Source of the DNA: Terriglobia bacterium | GTDB taxonomy: Bacteria > Acidobacteriota > Terriglobia > 20CM-2-55-15 | Direction: 5' to 3' | NCBI GenBank assembly: GCA_965198225.1 | Contig: CBDAOY010000006.1 | Span: forward strand, 896,001 to 960,000 | Length of the DNA: 64,000 nucleotides | Part shown: piece after piece, positions 28,657-38,303 of the stretch | Position numbering within the stretch: position 1 is the first letter of the stretch | How the letters are laid out: every line of letters starts with the position of its first letter | Position numbers and translations under genes: made by a program | Notes under the pieces: model-generated | The model's input: the letters and a program-made list of their open reading frames with translations, nothing else | Told to the model about the DNA's origin: nothing | Databases searched by the model: none

Positions 28657-29703
28657 TCACCGTCGTATTCGCTGGACCACCAGCAGCCGTTCGCGGAGGT
28701 CGTCGGCCTTTCCTGCCTCCTCCAGCTTGCTCCACAGGGTTGCCACGGTCCGGGCGTCAACGAAGCCCGGGACCGTGGTTCGCCACTCCTGGTCCTGCCG
28801 GAAACTGTCGACGGCGTCCACCGCCTCCTGCGTATACCGGTTCCTCTCCGGGTCGTCGTTCGAGAGCTCCTCCTCGTCGCTGCGGAAGTAACCCAGGGCG
28901 TGGAGCATGAGCTTCAGCTGGAAGACATCCCGGCCGGTCTCCTGCTGGAGGGTGCGGAAGCCGAGGGTTTCCGAGATCGTGTTGTAGATCCGCCGCATCT
29001 CGCCGAGCGGGTTGGGATGCTCGCAGACGTTGATCTGCACCGTCAGGCCGTCCTCACGCCGCGCCATCCCGGGCCGCGGATCCGCCACGATCACGGCCGC
29101 CGACTGCGTCTCACCATGGCGACCGTCCCCACCCAGCTCGTGACCGGCGTTCAAGGCCTCGATGAGGCGGTCGGCCAGGTTGCGGTGCTTGCCCTCGCTC
29201 GCTTCGAACGTGTTGGCTACGGCGTCGAGTACATCCGGACCGAACAGGGAGTTTCCCTGGGCCACGTAAGTCGCACCGGAGCGGTGGCCGAACCAGGGGG
29301 TGTGGTTCCCGGAGTGCTGGGCCGACTGGCCGTCGACGCCGATGACGCCAATCTGCCGGCGCTGGGCGTTCTCGTCCTCGGCCAGACGGCGCGCCAGCGC
29401 CGCATCGGGAGAGACGCCTTCGGCCATGAGATCCAGCAGCTCGTAGCCGTACTCGGTGCGCGTGGAAGCCTGGGTCGCCACCGCGCCGACGCCCTTCCGA
29501 ACCCAGGGTACGCCGTTCCCGACGCAGGGGTTCCGCGTCGTGACCGCGACGCCCGACTCCCCCGTATCCATGTCCACTGCTGCGATGGAAAAGGTATGGA
29601 AGACGAGATCCTCTCCCCACGCCGCCGGTTCCTGCGCGGCCGCGGGCACTGCCAAAAAGAGCACCGCTCCAACACACGCCGCAAAGACTCGCTTTGTCGC
29701 CAT
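28657..29703 (-). CDS. Exported DUF1028 (Ntn-hydrolase-like) protein with a C-terminal peptidoglycan-binding-like domain
   Basis: HTFSIAAVD, GAVATQA, RQIGVI, AQGNSL, GGDGRH; C-terminal LKLMLHALGYF...AVDSFR...GFVDART; GGAGG RBS. Confidence 0.85.
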   Translation of the reverse strand: MATKRVFAACVGAVLFLAVPAAAQEPAAWGEDLVFHTFSIAAVDMDTGESGVAVTTRNPCVGNGVPWVRKGVGAVATQASTRTEYGYELLDLMAEGVSPDAALARRLAEDENAQRRQIGVIGVDGQSAQHSGNHTPWFGHRSGATYVAQGNSLFGPDVLDAVANTFEASEGKHRNLADRLIEALNAGHELGGDGRHGETQSAAVIVADPRPGMARREDGLTVQINVCEHPNPLGEMRRIYNTISETLGFRTLQQETGRDVFQLKLMLHALGYFRSDEEELSNDDPERNRYTQEAVDAVDSFRQDQEWRTTVPGFVDARTVATLWSKLEEAGKADDLRERLLVVQRIRR

Positions 29704-30021
29704 TTGAACACCTCCGCTCATACGTAGAACATCCATTGAGCCTGCAGCCTACGAGTCGACTTTGCGACGTGTCAACCGATTTGAGACTCCGGTCAAGACA
29801 GGCAGGTCCCTTTCGGGCGATGTGCTGGTATTCGCAGCCCTGTCCATCGTCAGTCAGCCGGGATTCTCCGAGAGACTCCGCGGTCCGCAATCTGAAGGGC
29901 CTGATAAACCGATGGCGCAAGGATCTCGATCTGCAATAGAGTTCGACGCAGTTGGAGATGCCATGCTGAAGCAATGCGCGATCGGTCACGTCGACCTGTG
30001 GCTCCTGGGGGAGTTCGCCCC

Positions 30022-31038
30022 GTGAGCGGGCGTGTGCTCGGCGAGCGCGACCTGAATCGCGCCCTGCTCGCCCGTCAACTCCTGCTGGAGCGCTCCCGGG
30101 TGCCCCTGCCGCGAGCCCTCGAGCGAATCGGTGGCATCCAGAATCAGTATGCGCCGAACGCCTACATTCGCCTCCGGTCGTGTCTCGACGGGTTTCGGCG
30201 AGACGACCTGACCCGCGCATTGAATCGCCGCAAAGTCGTCCAGGCGACCCTGATGCGGACAACGATTCACCTGGTCTCGTCCCAGGACTACTGGCCACTG
30301 GCGATCGGAGTGCGGCGCGCCCGGCGCGAGTGGTGGCTCAGGCTCCAGAAGGGAACCGTCTCGCAGCACGAGATGAGGCGGCAGGCGAAACGCCTTCGAA
30401 CTGCGCTCGAGGAAGGTCCGGTGTCGGTGCGGGACCTGAAAGAGTTCGCGAGTCACTTCGACCTCTGGATCGACCTGGTTCGGGTTCCACCGTCGGGGAC
30501 CTGGGAGCGGCGACGCGCGAATATTTACGGGCTGGCCGAGACGTGGCTGGAGCCGGGCGAAGTGACGGAGCGGGAGGGACTGGAGCACCTCGTGCGGCGC
30601 TATCTGGGCGGCTTCGGGCCCGCGCCGCTTGCCGACATCGCGCACTGGGCCGGCGTGCCGGCCTCCATGCTCACACCGGTCGTCGAGCGTCTGATCTTGC
30701 GCCGGTTCAAGGGCGAGTCTGGCGAGCTGCTCGACCTGCCGCGAGCCCCATTGCCCGATAGAGACACTCCAGCACCGGCGCGTTTGCTCCCGAGTTGGGA
30801 CGCTACCCTGCTGGTGCACGCGCGGCGAACCGGGATCCTGCCGGAGCCCTACCGCAAGATCGTGTTCAACATCAAGAAGCCGCAGTCGATGCCGACGTTC
30901 CTCGTCGACGGGCGCGTTGCGGGCGCCTGGAAGGAGGAGCGAGGGAGGATCCTGCTCGAGCCGTTCGGGCCGGTTTCTCGTGGCGCCCGGCGCGAGCTCG
31001 ACGAGGAGGGAGAACGGATGCTCGCGCTCTACGTCTAG
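30022..31038 (+). CDS. AlkZ-like (HTH_42) winged-helix DNA glycosylase
   Basis: LNRALLARQLLL, QxQ motif GIQNQ, LMRTTIHLV, RYLGGFGPA, FLVDGRVAGAW. Confidence 0.85.
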   Translation: MSGRVLGERDLNRALLARQLLLERSRVPLPRALERIGGIQNQYAPNAYIRLRSCLDGFRRDDLTRALNRRKVVQATLMRTTIHLVSSQDYWPLAIGVRRARREWWLRLQKGTVSQHEMRRQAKRLRTALEEGPVSVRDLKEFASHFDLWIDLVRVPPSGTWERRRANIYGLAETWLEPGEVTEREGLEHLVRRYLGGFGPAPLADIAHWAGVPASMLTPVVERLILRRFKGESGELLDLPRAPLPDRDTPAPARLLPSWDATLLVHARRTGILPEPYRKIVFNIKKPQSMPTFLVDGRVAGAWKEERGRILLEPFGPVSRGARRELDEEGERMLALYV

Positions 31039-31095
31039 TCAGAAGCTACTGCCGGCGAGATCCTTGTGTGGCTGATCGGATTGGTCTAGTCTGCT

Positions 31096-32139
31096 CTTGC
31101 TTATACGGTTGGTTCAGCACGCCACTATATGTAGTGTAAGGGGGTGCGCCCTCCGTTTCCAAAGAATATGCGCGAGTTCCAGCGGCAATTCTCCAGTGAC
31201 GAGGCCTGTCAAGACTACTTGGCGGCGTGTCGCTGGCCGGAAGGCTTCACATGTCCTCGTTGCGGGCACAGGCGGGCCTATCGGATGCTGAAACATCGAC
31301 GGTGGCAATGCGCCGCTTGTCGGTACCAGGTCTCGTTGACGGCCGGCACAATTCTCCACAGCACAAGAACCCCACTGACCGTATGGTTCTGGGCGACCTA
31401 TCTGATGGTCACCGATAAACGGGGAATCTCGGCGCTCCTGTTCCAAGAGCAGCTGGGGCTGAGCCGGTACGAAACCGCCTGGATGCTGTTACACAAGCTG
31501 AGACGCGCGATGGTTAACGCGGCCCGTGAGCCGTTGTATGGCGAGGTGGAGATCGACGACACTTGGATCGGCGGACCGCAGCCCGGCCTGAGGGGCAGTC
31601 GTCAGCTCAAAGGGCGAAAGGCCGCCATTGTGCTGGTTGCCGTTGAAAAACGGGGCCGTATCTCGGGTCGAATCCGGATGGCCGTGGCCCCGAATTTCAA
31701 AAAGACGACGATGATCGATTTCGTCAAGCAAACCGTTGCACCAGGATCGACGGTTTACACCGACGGCCTGAAAGGCTTCGAGGGCATTCCGGCAGCGGAC
31801 GTTCAGCACGTTCCCCGTCCTCAACCTCGCAGGACGGAGCTGCGCAAAGGCGTACCCTCGGTCGTGCCGCTTGCGGACCGCGCGATCGGCAACCTGCAGC
31901 AGTGGCTGATTGGGACCTACCATGGGGTCAGTAAGGCGCAACTGCAGGTCTACCTGGATGAGTTTGTGTTTCGGCACAATCGTCGGCGGCAACCGATGGC
32001 CGCCTTTCAAACATTGCTCGGCCTCGGTACGGGAAGGCCTCCGACGATCTATCGCCGCATTCGAGGAGCCCGGGACGTCGCGAACCATGGGCGGTAGTCA
32101 CAACATGTTGGGGTCTGCTGAACAAACCGTATAAGCAAG
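31096..32139 (+). mobile_element. IS1595-family insertion sequence (1044 bp)
   Basis: IRs CTTGCTTATACGGTTGGTTCAGCA / TGCTGAACAAACCGTATAAGCAAG; 8-bp TSD AGTCTGCT at 31088-31095 and 32140-32147. Confidence 0.95.
31144..32097 (+). CDS. IS1595-family transposase
   Basis: Zn ribbon CPRC...CAAC, VEIDDTWIGG, VYTDG, YHGVS..LQVYLDEFVFRHNRR. Confidence 0.93.
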   Translation: MRPPFPKNMREFQRQFSSDEACQDYLAACRWPEGFTCPRCGHRRAYRMLKHRRWQCAACRYQVSLTAGTILHSTRTPLTVWFWATYLMVTDKRGISALLFQEQLGLSRYETAWMLLHKLRRAMVNAAREPLYGEVEIDDTWIGGPQPGLRGSRQLKGRKAAIVLVAVEKRGRISGRIRMAVAPNFKKTTMIDFVKQTVAPGSTVYTDGLKGFEGIPAADVQHVPRPQPRRTELRKGVPSVVPLADRAIGNLQQWLIGTYHGVSKAQLQVYLDEFVFRHNRRRQPMAAFQTLLGLGTGRPPTIYRRIRGARDVANHGR

Positions 32140-32202
32140 AGTCTGCTAGAAGGATTTCTATTGACGCAGTCTGCGGAGAATCTTTGGGAGTTTGGACCTG
32201 AA

Positions 32203-32643
32203 ATGGTGTCGATCGAACGCTGTCGAGCCGGACTCATCGGCACCGGACTTATCTGGTTTGCACTCTCGGTGGCGGCGCAGGGCGAAGAGAAGTTCACGGC
32301 GCGACTCTCGGTCGCACCGGTCGAACCCAGCACCCAGGCCGGCATCACGGGAACAGGGACGGCTTCGGCGACTCTGGTCGGCACGAAGCTCTCGATCACG
32401 GGAACATTCGAGGGCTTGCTGTCGCCCGCAACCGTGGCCCGCGTCCACCGGGGTCTGGCGACGGGTGTGCGCGGATCGGCGTTCTTCGATCTGGATGTCT
32501 CCAGAGAAACGAGCGGGTCCATTATGGGCTCGGTTGATCTGACCGCAGAACAAATGGAGAGTCTTCGACAGGGAAGGGTCTACGTCCAGATTGACAGTGA
32601 GAACGCGCCTGACGGTAACCTCTGGGGCTGGCTGCTGCGGTAG
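32203..32643 (+). CDS. Exported CHRD-domain protein
   Basis: Signal peptide; GTGTASATL, GLLSPATVARVH, LRQGRVYVQIDSENAPDGNLWGWL. Confidence 0.8.
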   Translation: MVSIERCRAGLIGTGLIWFALSVAAQGEEKFTARLSVAPVEPSTQAGITGTGTASATLVGTKLSITGTFEGLLSPATVARVHRGLATGVRGSAFFDLDVSRETSGSIMGSVDLTAEQMESLRQGRVYVQIDSENAPDGNLWGWLLR

Positions 32644-32652
32644 GAGGACACG

Positions 32653-34800
32653 ATGCTCGGTTTCTTGATACGTTTTGCAGGGGCGCTGCTAGTGGTTGCC
32701 GTCTCCGGCGCGACAATCGCTGCGGGACGACAGGCGCAGGTCGCTGGAGCGTATACAGCCGCGCAAGCTGCAGCCGGTCGTACCTCGTATCAGTTGAACT
32801 GCGCCAGCTGCCATTTGACCGATCTCGGCGGCCTGAACGAAGCCCCGGAACTGGCGGGTCCCAATTTCATGAGCGCCTGGGGTCACCTGACCACAGGCGA
32901 CCTCATCACCTACATGCAGGCGACGATGCCTCCCGGCAATGTTGGCATTCTGGGCGAACAGGCATACGTCAACATCGCGGCCTTCCTTCTCGAAGCGAAC
33001 GGCGCGCCGACGGGAACACAACCCCTGACACCGGAAGGTGAGGTGTTGATCAGTGCGCTCGCCACGAGCCAGGGTATAACGCCGCTCGACCTGCCAGGTG
33101 GCGAAGCGGCGCCGGTCGCAGGGCCGGAGACGCCTGAGGAGAGCGGACCGACGGGGTTGACCGTAACCGGCGAAGTACCCGACTATGCGCCGGTCACCAA
33201 TGACATGCTGCGCAACCCTGACGCGGCAGACTGGCTGATGATCCGGGGGAACTACCAGGCGTGGAACTACAGTGCGCTTGCTCAGGTGACGCGTGAAAAC
33301 GTCGGCGACCTGCGGCTCGCATGGGTCTGGGCCATGCACGAAGGACAATCGAACCAGCCTGCGCCGATTGTTCACGACGGGACGATATACCTGAACAACA
33401 CCGGCAACACTGTGCAGGCGCTCGAAGGCCAAACGGGTGAGCTCATCTGGGAGAACAGGCTCGGGGGACGCCAGGGGGGCGCGATGCGGGGCCTGGCAAT
33501 TCACGACGACAAGGTCATCGTCGCCACGACCGACGCGCGGCTCGTCGCGCTTGACGCGCGAAGCGGAGAAACCGTCTGGGAAACCGTCATCGGCGACAGG
33601 ACGCACGGGAGCTTCAGCAACTCCAGTGGCCCGATCGTCATCGACGGGACAGTGGTTCAGGGCCTGACGGGATGCGGCCGTTACAGGGAAGAGAAGTGCT
33701 TTATCAGCGCTTACGATGCCTCCGACGGGAGTCCGGTCTGGAAGTTCAACACCGTCGCCAGCGACGGCGAGCCCGGAGGAGATACCTGGGGTACTCTTCC
33801 GGATCTGTTCCGGGCCGGGGGAGAAACCTGGATCACTGGCAGCTACGATCCCGAACTCGAACTGACCTATTGGGGAGTGGCTCAGGCCAAACCCTGGATG
33901 GCCGCCAGCCGAGGCGCGACCGTCTACGACAAGGAGCTCTACACGAACGCGACCGTGGCGCTCGGCGCCGCCGACGGCAAGCTTGCCTGGTACTTCCAGC
34001 ATGCTCCCGGCGAATCGCTGGATCTGGACGAGGTCTTCGAGCGCGTTCTTGTGGATGTCGACGGCCAGAAGTTAGCTTTCACGGTAGGCAAGCCCGGCAT
34101 CCTCTGGAAGCTCGATCGAGAGACGGGAAAGTATCTCGGTCACAAGGAAACCGTCTTCCAGAACGTTTATGACCGGATCGATCCGGAGACAGGCCAGCCC
34201 CAATACCGGATCGACATCGTGGAGCACGAGACGAATCAGTGGATACAAGGGTGTCCCAGCACGGAGGGCGGCCACAACTGGCAGGCGATGAGCTACCACC
34301 CCGGCGCCGGCCAGCTCATCATTCCGCTCAGCCAGAGCTGCCTCGAGATCCGCGGGCGCGTGGTCGAGTTCGAAGTCGGCTCGGGTGGTTCGGCGGCGGA
34401 CCGCCGCTGGTATGAAATGCCGGGAACCGACGGGAACCTCGGCAAGCTTGCGGCCTACGACGTTCGCACTCTGGAAGAGAAGTGGTCCGTCCAACAGCGG
34501 GCGCCGTTTCTGACCGCCGTGCTTTCCACAGCCGGCGGGATCGCTTTCGTGGGAGACGTCGACCGCCAGTTCCGTGCGTATGACGTGGATACAGGCGCCG
34601 TACTCTGGCAGACCCGGCTCGGCACCTCGGTCCAGGGGTTCCCGCTGACGTTCAGCATCGACGGGAAGCAGTACATCGCCGTGACGACCGGACTGGGCGG
34701 TGGCAGTCCGCGGCGCGTCCCGCGATTGATCGCCCGCGAAATCCGTCATCCCGCGACCGGCAACGCGCTGTACGTGTTTGCGCTGCCCGATGGGCAGTAA
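32653..34800 (+). CDS. PQQ-dependent dehydrogenase with an N-terminal cytochrome c domain
   Basis: Signal peptide, CASCH heme motif, DWLMIRGNY, Trp-docking propeller repeats, [22 protein letters not shown]. Confidence 0.9.
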   Translation: MLGFLIRFAGALLVVAVSGATIAAGRQAQVAGAYTAAQAAAGRTSYQLNCASCHLTDLGGLNEAPELAGPNFMSAWGHLTTGDLITYMQATMPPGNVGILGEQAYVNIAAFLLEANGAPTGTQPLTPEGEVLISALATSQGITPLDLPGGEAAPVAGPETPEESGPTGLTVTGEVPDYAPVTNDMLRNPDAADWLMIRGNYQAWNYSALAQVTRENVGDLRLAWVWAMHEGQSNQPAPIVHDGTIYLNNTGNTVQALEGQTGELIWENRLGGRQGGAMRGLAIHDDKVIVATTDARLVALDARSGETVWETVIGDRTHGSFSNSSGPIVIDGTVVQGLTGCGRYREEKCFISAYDASDGSPVWKFNTVASDGEPGGDTWGTLPDLFRAGGETWITGSYDPELELTYWGVAQAKPWMAASRGATVYDKELYTNATVALGAADGKLAWYFQHAPGESLDLDEVFERVLVDVDGQKLAFTVGKPGILWKLDRETGKYLGHKETVFQNVYDRIDPETGQPQYRIDIVEHETNQWIQGCPSTEGGHNWQAMSYHPGAGQLIIPLSQSCLEIRGRVVEFEVGSGGSAADRRWYEMPGTDGNLGKLAAYDVRTLEEKWSVQQRAPFLTAVLSTAGGIAFVGDVDRQFRAYDVDTGAVLWQTRLGTSVQGFPLTFSIDGKQYIAVTTGLGGGSPRRVPRLIAREIRHPATGNALYVFALPDGQ

Positions 34801-34910
34801 GTGAGAATCCGTGCGAAACAGGCGTGTCTTACGAACTGCTTTTTCGGAACACTGACCGGATTTCGCCTGGCCCGCCTGAACTCTCAACGGACATGCTGTG
34901 GCGCAAGTTC

Positions 34911-34944
34911 CAACTGGTCACTGTCCACTGACCACTGACCACTT
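34911..34944. repeat. Heptamer tandem repeat (CACTGAC-type, ~4.5 units)
   Basis: CAACTGGT CACTGTC CACTGAC CACTGAC CACTT, just after the ankyrin-1 stop codon. Confidence 0.6.
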
Positions 34945-34952
34945 CTTCAGAC

Positions 34953-36701
34953 TCAGGGTTCGGGTTCCGTTTCCAGGGTCTTGACCACGCACGTGGATGC
35001 GCGGCAGTGATTTGAGTTTTCCGAGCCCAGAGCCTCGAGAAACTCGACGGTCTCGGGGTACTGCATGTTGTGGGCTTTCGGACCGTTCGCCATGTCGGCA
35101 ACCGTGTCCCCGGTATTCCCTTCAACTTCCTGATCCGCACGACCGGCGCCGCCAAAAACCTGGGTTGCTCTGGCCCTGACATCCGCGCCTACGGAGATAA
35201 GGTACAGGATCAGATCCCGTTCGACGGTGAGAGCAGCCCCGTGCAGTGGCGTGTAGCCCTGGTTGTCCCCCAACTTGACGTCCGCGCCGACTTCTTCCAC
35301 GAGGTACTTCACGGCGGCCAGTCGCTGGTTCGGAGCGAAATTGGTCACCTGCGGTTCGTAGCCCCAACCGGCGGCAGCCAGCAGCGGCGCCGCTTCTCGC
35401 TCGGTCGGGATCGTGGGATTTGCTCCCGCTCCGACCAGCAGTTTCATCGCAGGGACATCGTTCGCCTTCGCGGCGAGCCAGAAGGCAGTCGCGCCTTCCG
35501 GTCGGATCCAGTCGCCGTGGTTCGTCCTGTAGTGGGGCTTCTTTTCCAGTCTTTGGTCGGGATCGGCGCCGGCCTCCAGCAGTGCCTGAAGCAGGTCCAG
35601 GTAGTCGGTTCTCTCCTCTTCGACACTGGGGGCTGGATACCACGTACGCTCGGCCCACCGAGCGTCGATCGTCGCGTACAGCGGAGCGACTCCGTCCTTG
35701 TTCGCAAGATTGGGGTCGGCTCCCTCATCGAGGAGGAAACTGGCGACGTCGAGCCTTCCGTTGATGATGGCGGTGGTCAGGGGGCTCGCGCTATCTGAGG
35801 CTGCCACCACGTTCACATCGGCTCCCGCTGCTACCAATTCCTTGGCGACCTGTAGGCGGCCTTCGCGGGCCGCGAAATGGAGGGCGGCGAGCCCTCCTGA
35901 GGAAGCCTCTGGGCGGTCTTCCTTAACGGCAGCGTTGCCGTCTTCGTCCCGGTATCGGTCCCTCCACCGGATGACGTCGGACAGTTTGGTCAGGACATCG
36001 GGGTCGGCTCCCCCGGCGACGAGTTCCCGGACGACTTCGGAGCGACCCTGGGCCGCGGCAAACATCAGCGCCGTCTGCCCGTTCGTGGTGTCGGCCGCGT
36101 TCACCTCGGCGCCACTCTCGAGCAGAAGCCTGACGGCGTCCGTATTGCCTGAAGCCGCCGAATACATCAGCGGTGTGGTGCCGTTCGCGTCGGCGTCGTT
36201 CGCGCCCGTTCCGGCCTCGAGCAGGATCTCGATGAGGGCCGCATTGCCGTTCTTTGCCGCGAGCAACAGGGGTGTGAGGTCGCCGAGACGAGTCTTGGAG
36301 TCGAGGTTTGCGCCGGCGTCGATCAGCAGCCTTGCGATTTCCGCATCGTCCCGGTACGCCGCCCAGTGCAGCGCCGTGGTGCCGTCGCCCTGCGTTGCGT
36401 CGACGTCCACACTCTGCTCCAGCAGGGATCGAACGGCGTCGATGTCCCCGTGCATGGCCGCGTCGGCCAGGGGCGCGTCCGCAGCGGCGGATGCCAGTGC
36501 ACCGCTGACGCCGAACAGAATGGCGATGCACGATCCGACGATCAGGGAAGCGAAACTTGGGGCTCGAGTGTAGGTGCGCTCTATGAGCGCACGTTGTTTC
36601 GCTTCGCGGGATGTGCGGTCATAGACCGCACCTACACGGCGTGGGGGGACCGGACCAGCTGTCTTTCTCCCGGAACTTACGCAAAGCGATTGGTGGATCA
36701 A
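34953..36701 (-). CDS. Exported ankyrin-repeat protein (copy 1; start uncertain)
   Basis: Multiple GxTALHWAA/TPLMY ankyrin repeats; the h-region LIVGSCIAILFGVSGALASA is preceded by a translated REPIN. Confidence 0.88.
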   Translation of the reverse strand: MIHQSLCVSSGRKTAGPVPPRRVGAVYDRTSREAKQRALIERTYTRAPSFASLIVGSCIAILFGVSGALASAAADAPLADAAMHGDIDAVRSLLEQSVDVDATQGDGTTALHWAAYRDDAEIARLLIDAGANLDSKTRLGDLTPLLLAAKNGNAALIEILLEAGTGANDADANGTTPLMYSAASGNTDAVRLLLESGAEVNAADTTNGQTALMFAAAQGRSEVVRELVAGGADPDVLTKLSDVIRWRDRYRDEDGNAAVKEDRPEASSGGLAALHFAAREGRLQVAKELVAAGADVNVVAASDSASPLTTAIINGRLDVASFLLDEGADPNLANKDGVAPLYATIDARWAERTWYPAPSVEEERTDYLDLLQALLEAGADPDQRLEKKPHYRTNHGDWIRPEGATAFWLAAKANDVPAMKLLVGAGANPTIPTEREAAPLLAAAGWGYEPQVTNFAPNQRLAAVKYLVEEVGADVKLGDNQGYTPLHGAALTVERDLILYLISVGADVRARATQVFGGAGRADQEVEGNTGDTVADMANGPKAHNMQYPETVEFLEALGSENSNHCRASTCVVKTLETEPEP

Positions 36702-36840
36702 CGCTCCATCTCCGGTTGTGAGGGGGACGGTGGGCCCGACGCTAATGGATGGTTCCGGTCATAGACCGCACCTACACGCCGTGGGGGGACGTTGGGCCCG
36801 ACGCCAATTTGATGGTTCCGGTCATAGACCGCACCTACAC
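36568..36840 (-). repeat. REPIN (36568-36637) plus two tandem ~63-bp REP-containing units (~36717-36840)
   Basis: GTGTAGGTGCGGTCTATGACCG... occurs three times on the minus strand, the second and third copies preceded by GTCCCCCCACG. Confidence 0.88.
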
Positions 36841-36872
36841 TTTTGACGAACATGTTTTGCTCTCTCAGAAGC

Positions 36873-38243
36873 TCAGATCGAGAAAGTTCCCGTGCTGTCG
36901 CCGAAAGTTTCGACATCCACTCCGAGGGAATGGAGTACCGACAGCAGAGCGTTGGCCTGCGGGGTGTCGTCTGCGGCCCGCACGTGCAGGTTACCCCGCA
37001 CCCGACCGGATGCGTGACCCGCCAGTAGCACCGGTACCCGCTTGTGTCCGTGGATGTTGCCGTCGCCCATCGGGCTGCCGTAAAGAACCAGGGAGTGGTC
37101 CAGCAGGTTGCCGTCTCCATCAGGGGTATTCCGCAACTTATCGAGGAAATATGTCAGAACACCCACGTGGTAGTGGTTGATCTTGGCGAAGTCTTCGATC
37201 ATTTCGGGCCGCTGCTGATGGTGCGACGCCGAGTGGAACGCTGTATCGCTGCCGCTGGTCGGGAAGGTCCTCGGGCTGACGTCGCGGCACATCTTCAGTG
37301 TGGAAACGCGGGTCACGTTCGCCGCGAAAGCCAGAACCTGCAGGTCGAACATGATCTTGACGTGCTCTTCCCAGGAATCGGGCACCCCCGCTGGAGCGTC
37401 TGGCAGTTCTCTCTGGGCGCCCGAGGCGTTGTATTCCTCGATCCTCTGGATGCGACGTTCAATCTCCCGAACGTTCTCCAGGTAGTCGTCCAACCGGTTG
37501 CGGTCCGCGGTTCCTATACCGGCCCGCAGCCGCGCGACGGAACTCGTGATCCGGTCGAGGATGCTGCGGTCGACCTCGCGCCTCGAAGCGCGCTCGTCGG
37601 GAGTACCGCCCGTGCCGAACAACTCTTCGAAAGCCAGGCGCGGGTCCTGGATCATCGGAAGCGGACTGGTCGGAGATGCCCAGCTGAGCGTATCCATGTA
37701 GACGCAACTGTAGTGATAGCCGCAGGCACCGGACGTGTCCTGGTTCTCGATGCTGAGCTGGATCGACGGCAGCGGCGTGTCCTGGCCGAAATTCTGGGCG
37801 TACAGCTGGTCGACGGACGTCCCGTTGTAGACGTCGGAACCTTCGGTCTGCTTGGGATGAGAGGCGGTCAAGAACACCGCGCTCGAACGGAAGTGGTCGG
37901 CACCGACTTCTTCTGCCGTCAGGGGATCCGCCTGGCCGCAGTCGGTGTGGCTGATGATCGTCGTGTAGTCGCGGAACGGTTCCATCGGTTCAAGGATCTG
38001 GGTGAACTCGAAATCGCGACCTTCGGTTCCGGGAGCCCAGAGGTTCTTCTCGGTGCCATACGTCGTGCTGCCCGAGTTGCCGTGGACGATCTCGACCCCG
38101 GCGAAGCGAGGGCGCGGCGTGGCCGCGGTCTGCTCGAGTGGGGTCTGGGCGGGGGCCATGGATTCCAGGAAGGGCAGTGCCACCGCCGCTCCCGTACCTT
38201 GGAGCATCGTTCTTCGTGAAATATGCTTCTTAGTGATGAACAT
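36873..38243 (-). CDS. DUF1552 (HXXSHH) Tat-exported protein (copy 1)
   Basis: Tat motif SRRTMLQG, ALPFLESM, FHSASHH, LLDHSLVLYGSPMGDGNIH. Confidence 0.9.
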   Translation of the reverse strand: MFITKKHISRRTMLQGTGAAVALPFLESMAPAQTPLEQTAATPRPRFAGVEIVHGNSGSTTYGTEKNLWAPGTEGRDFEFTQILEPMEPFRDYTTIISHTDCGQADPLTAEEVGADHFRSSAVFLTASHPKQTEGSDVYNGTSVDQLYAQNFGQDTPLPSIQLSIENQDTSGACGYHYSCVYMDTLSWASPTSPLPMIQDPRLAFEELFGTGGTPDERASRREVDRSILDRITSSVARLRAGIGTADRNRLDDYLENVREIERRIQRIEEYNASGAQRELPDAPAGVPDSWEEHVKIMFDLQVLAFAANVTRVSTLKMCRDVSPRTFPTSGSDTAFHSASHHQQRPEMIEDFAKINHYHVGVLTYFLDKLRNTPDGDGNLLDHSLVLYGSPMGDGNIHGHKRVPVLLAGHASGRVRGNLHVRAADDTPQANALLSVLHSLGVDVETFGDSTGTFSI

Positions 38244-38303
38244 AGATCCGCCTCTCCTTTTGGTCCAATAACCTCTGAAGCTCTATTGATTCGATACTTT
38301 ACC

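Noticed and set aside
27775-29727. 650-aa plus-strand ORF
   Set aside because: Antisense shadow of the DUF4159 and DUF1028 genes; no motifs, and such ORFs are expected in GC-rich DNA.
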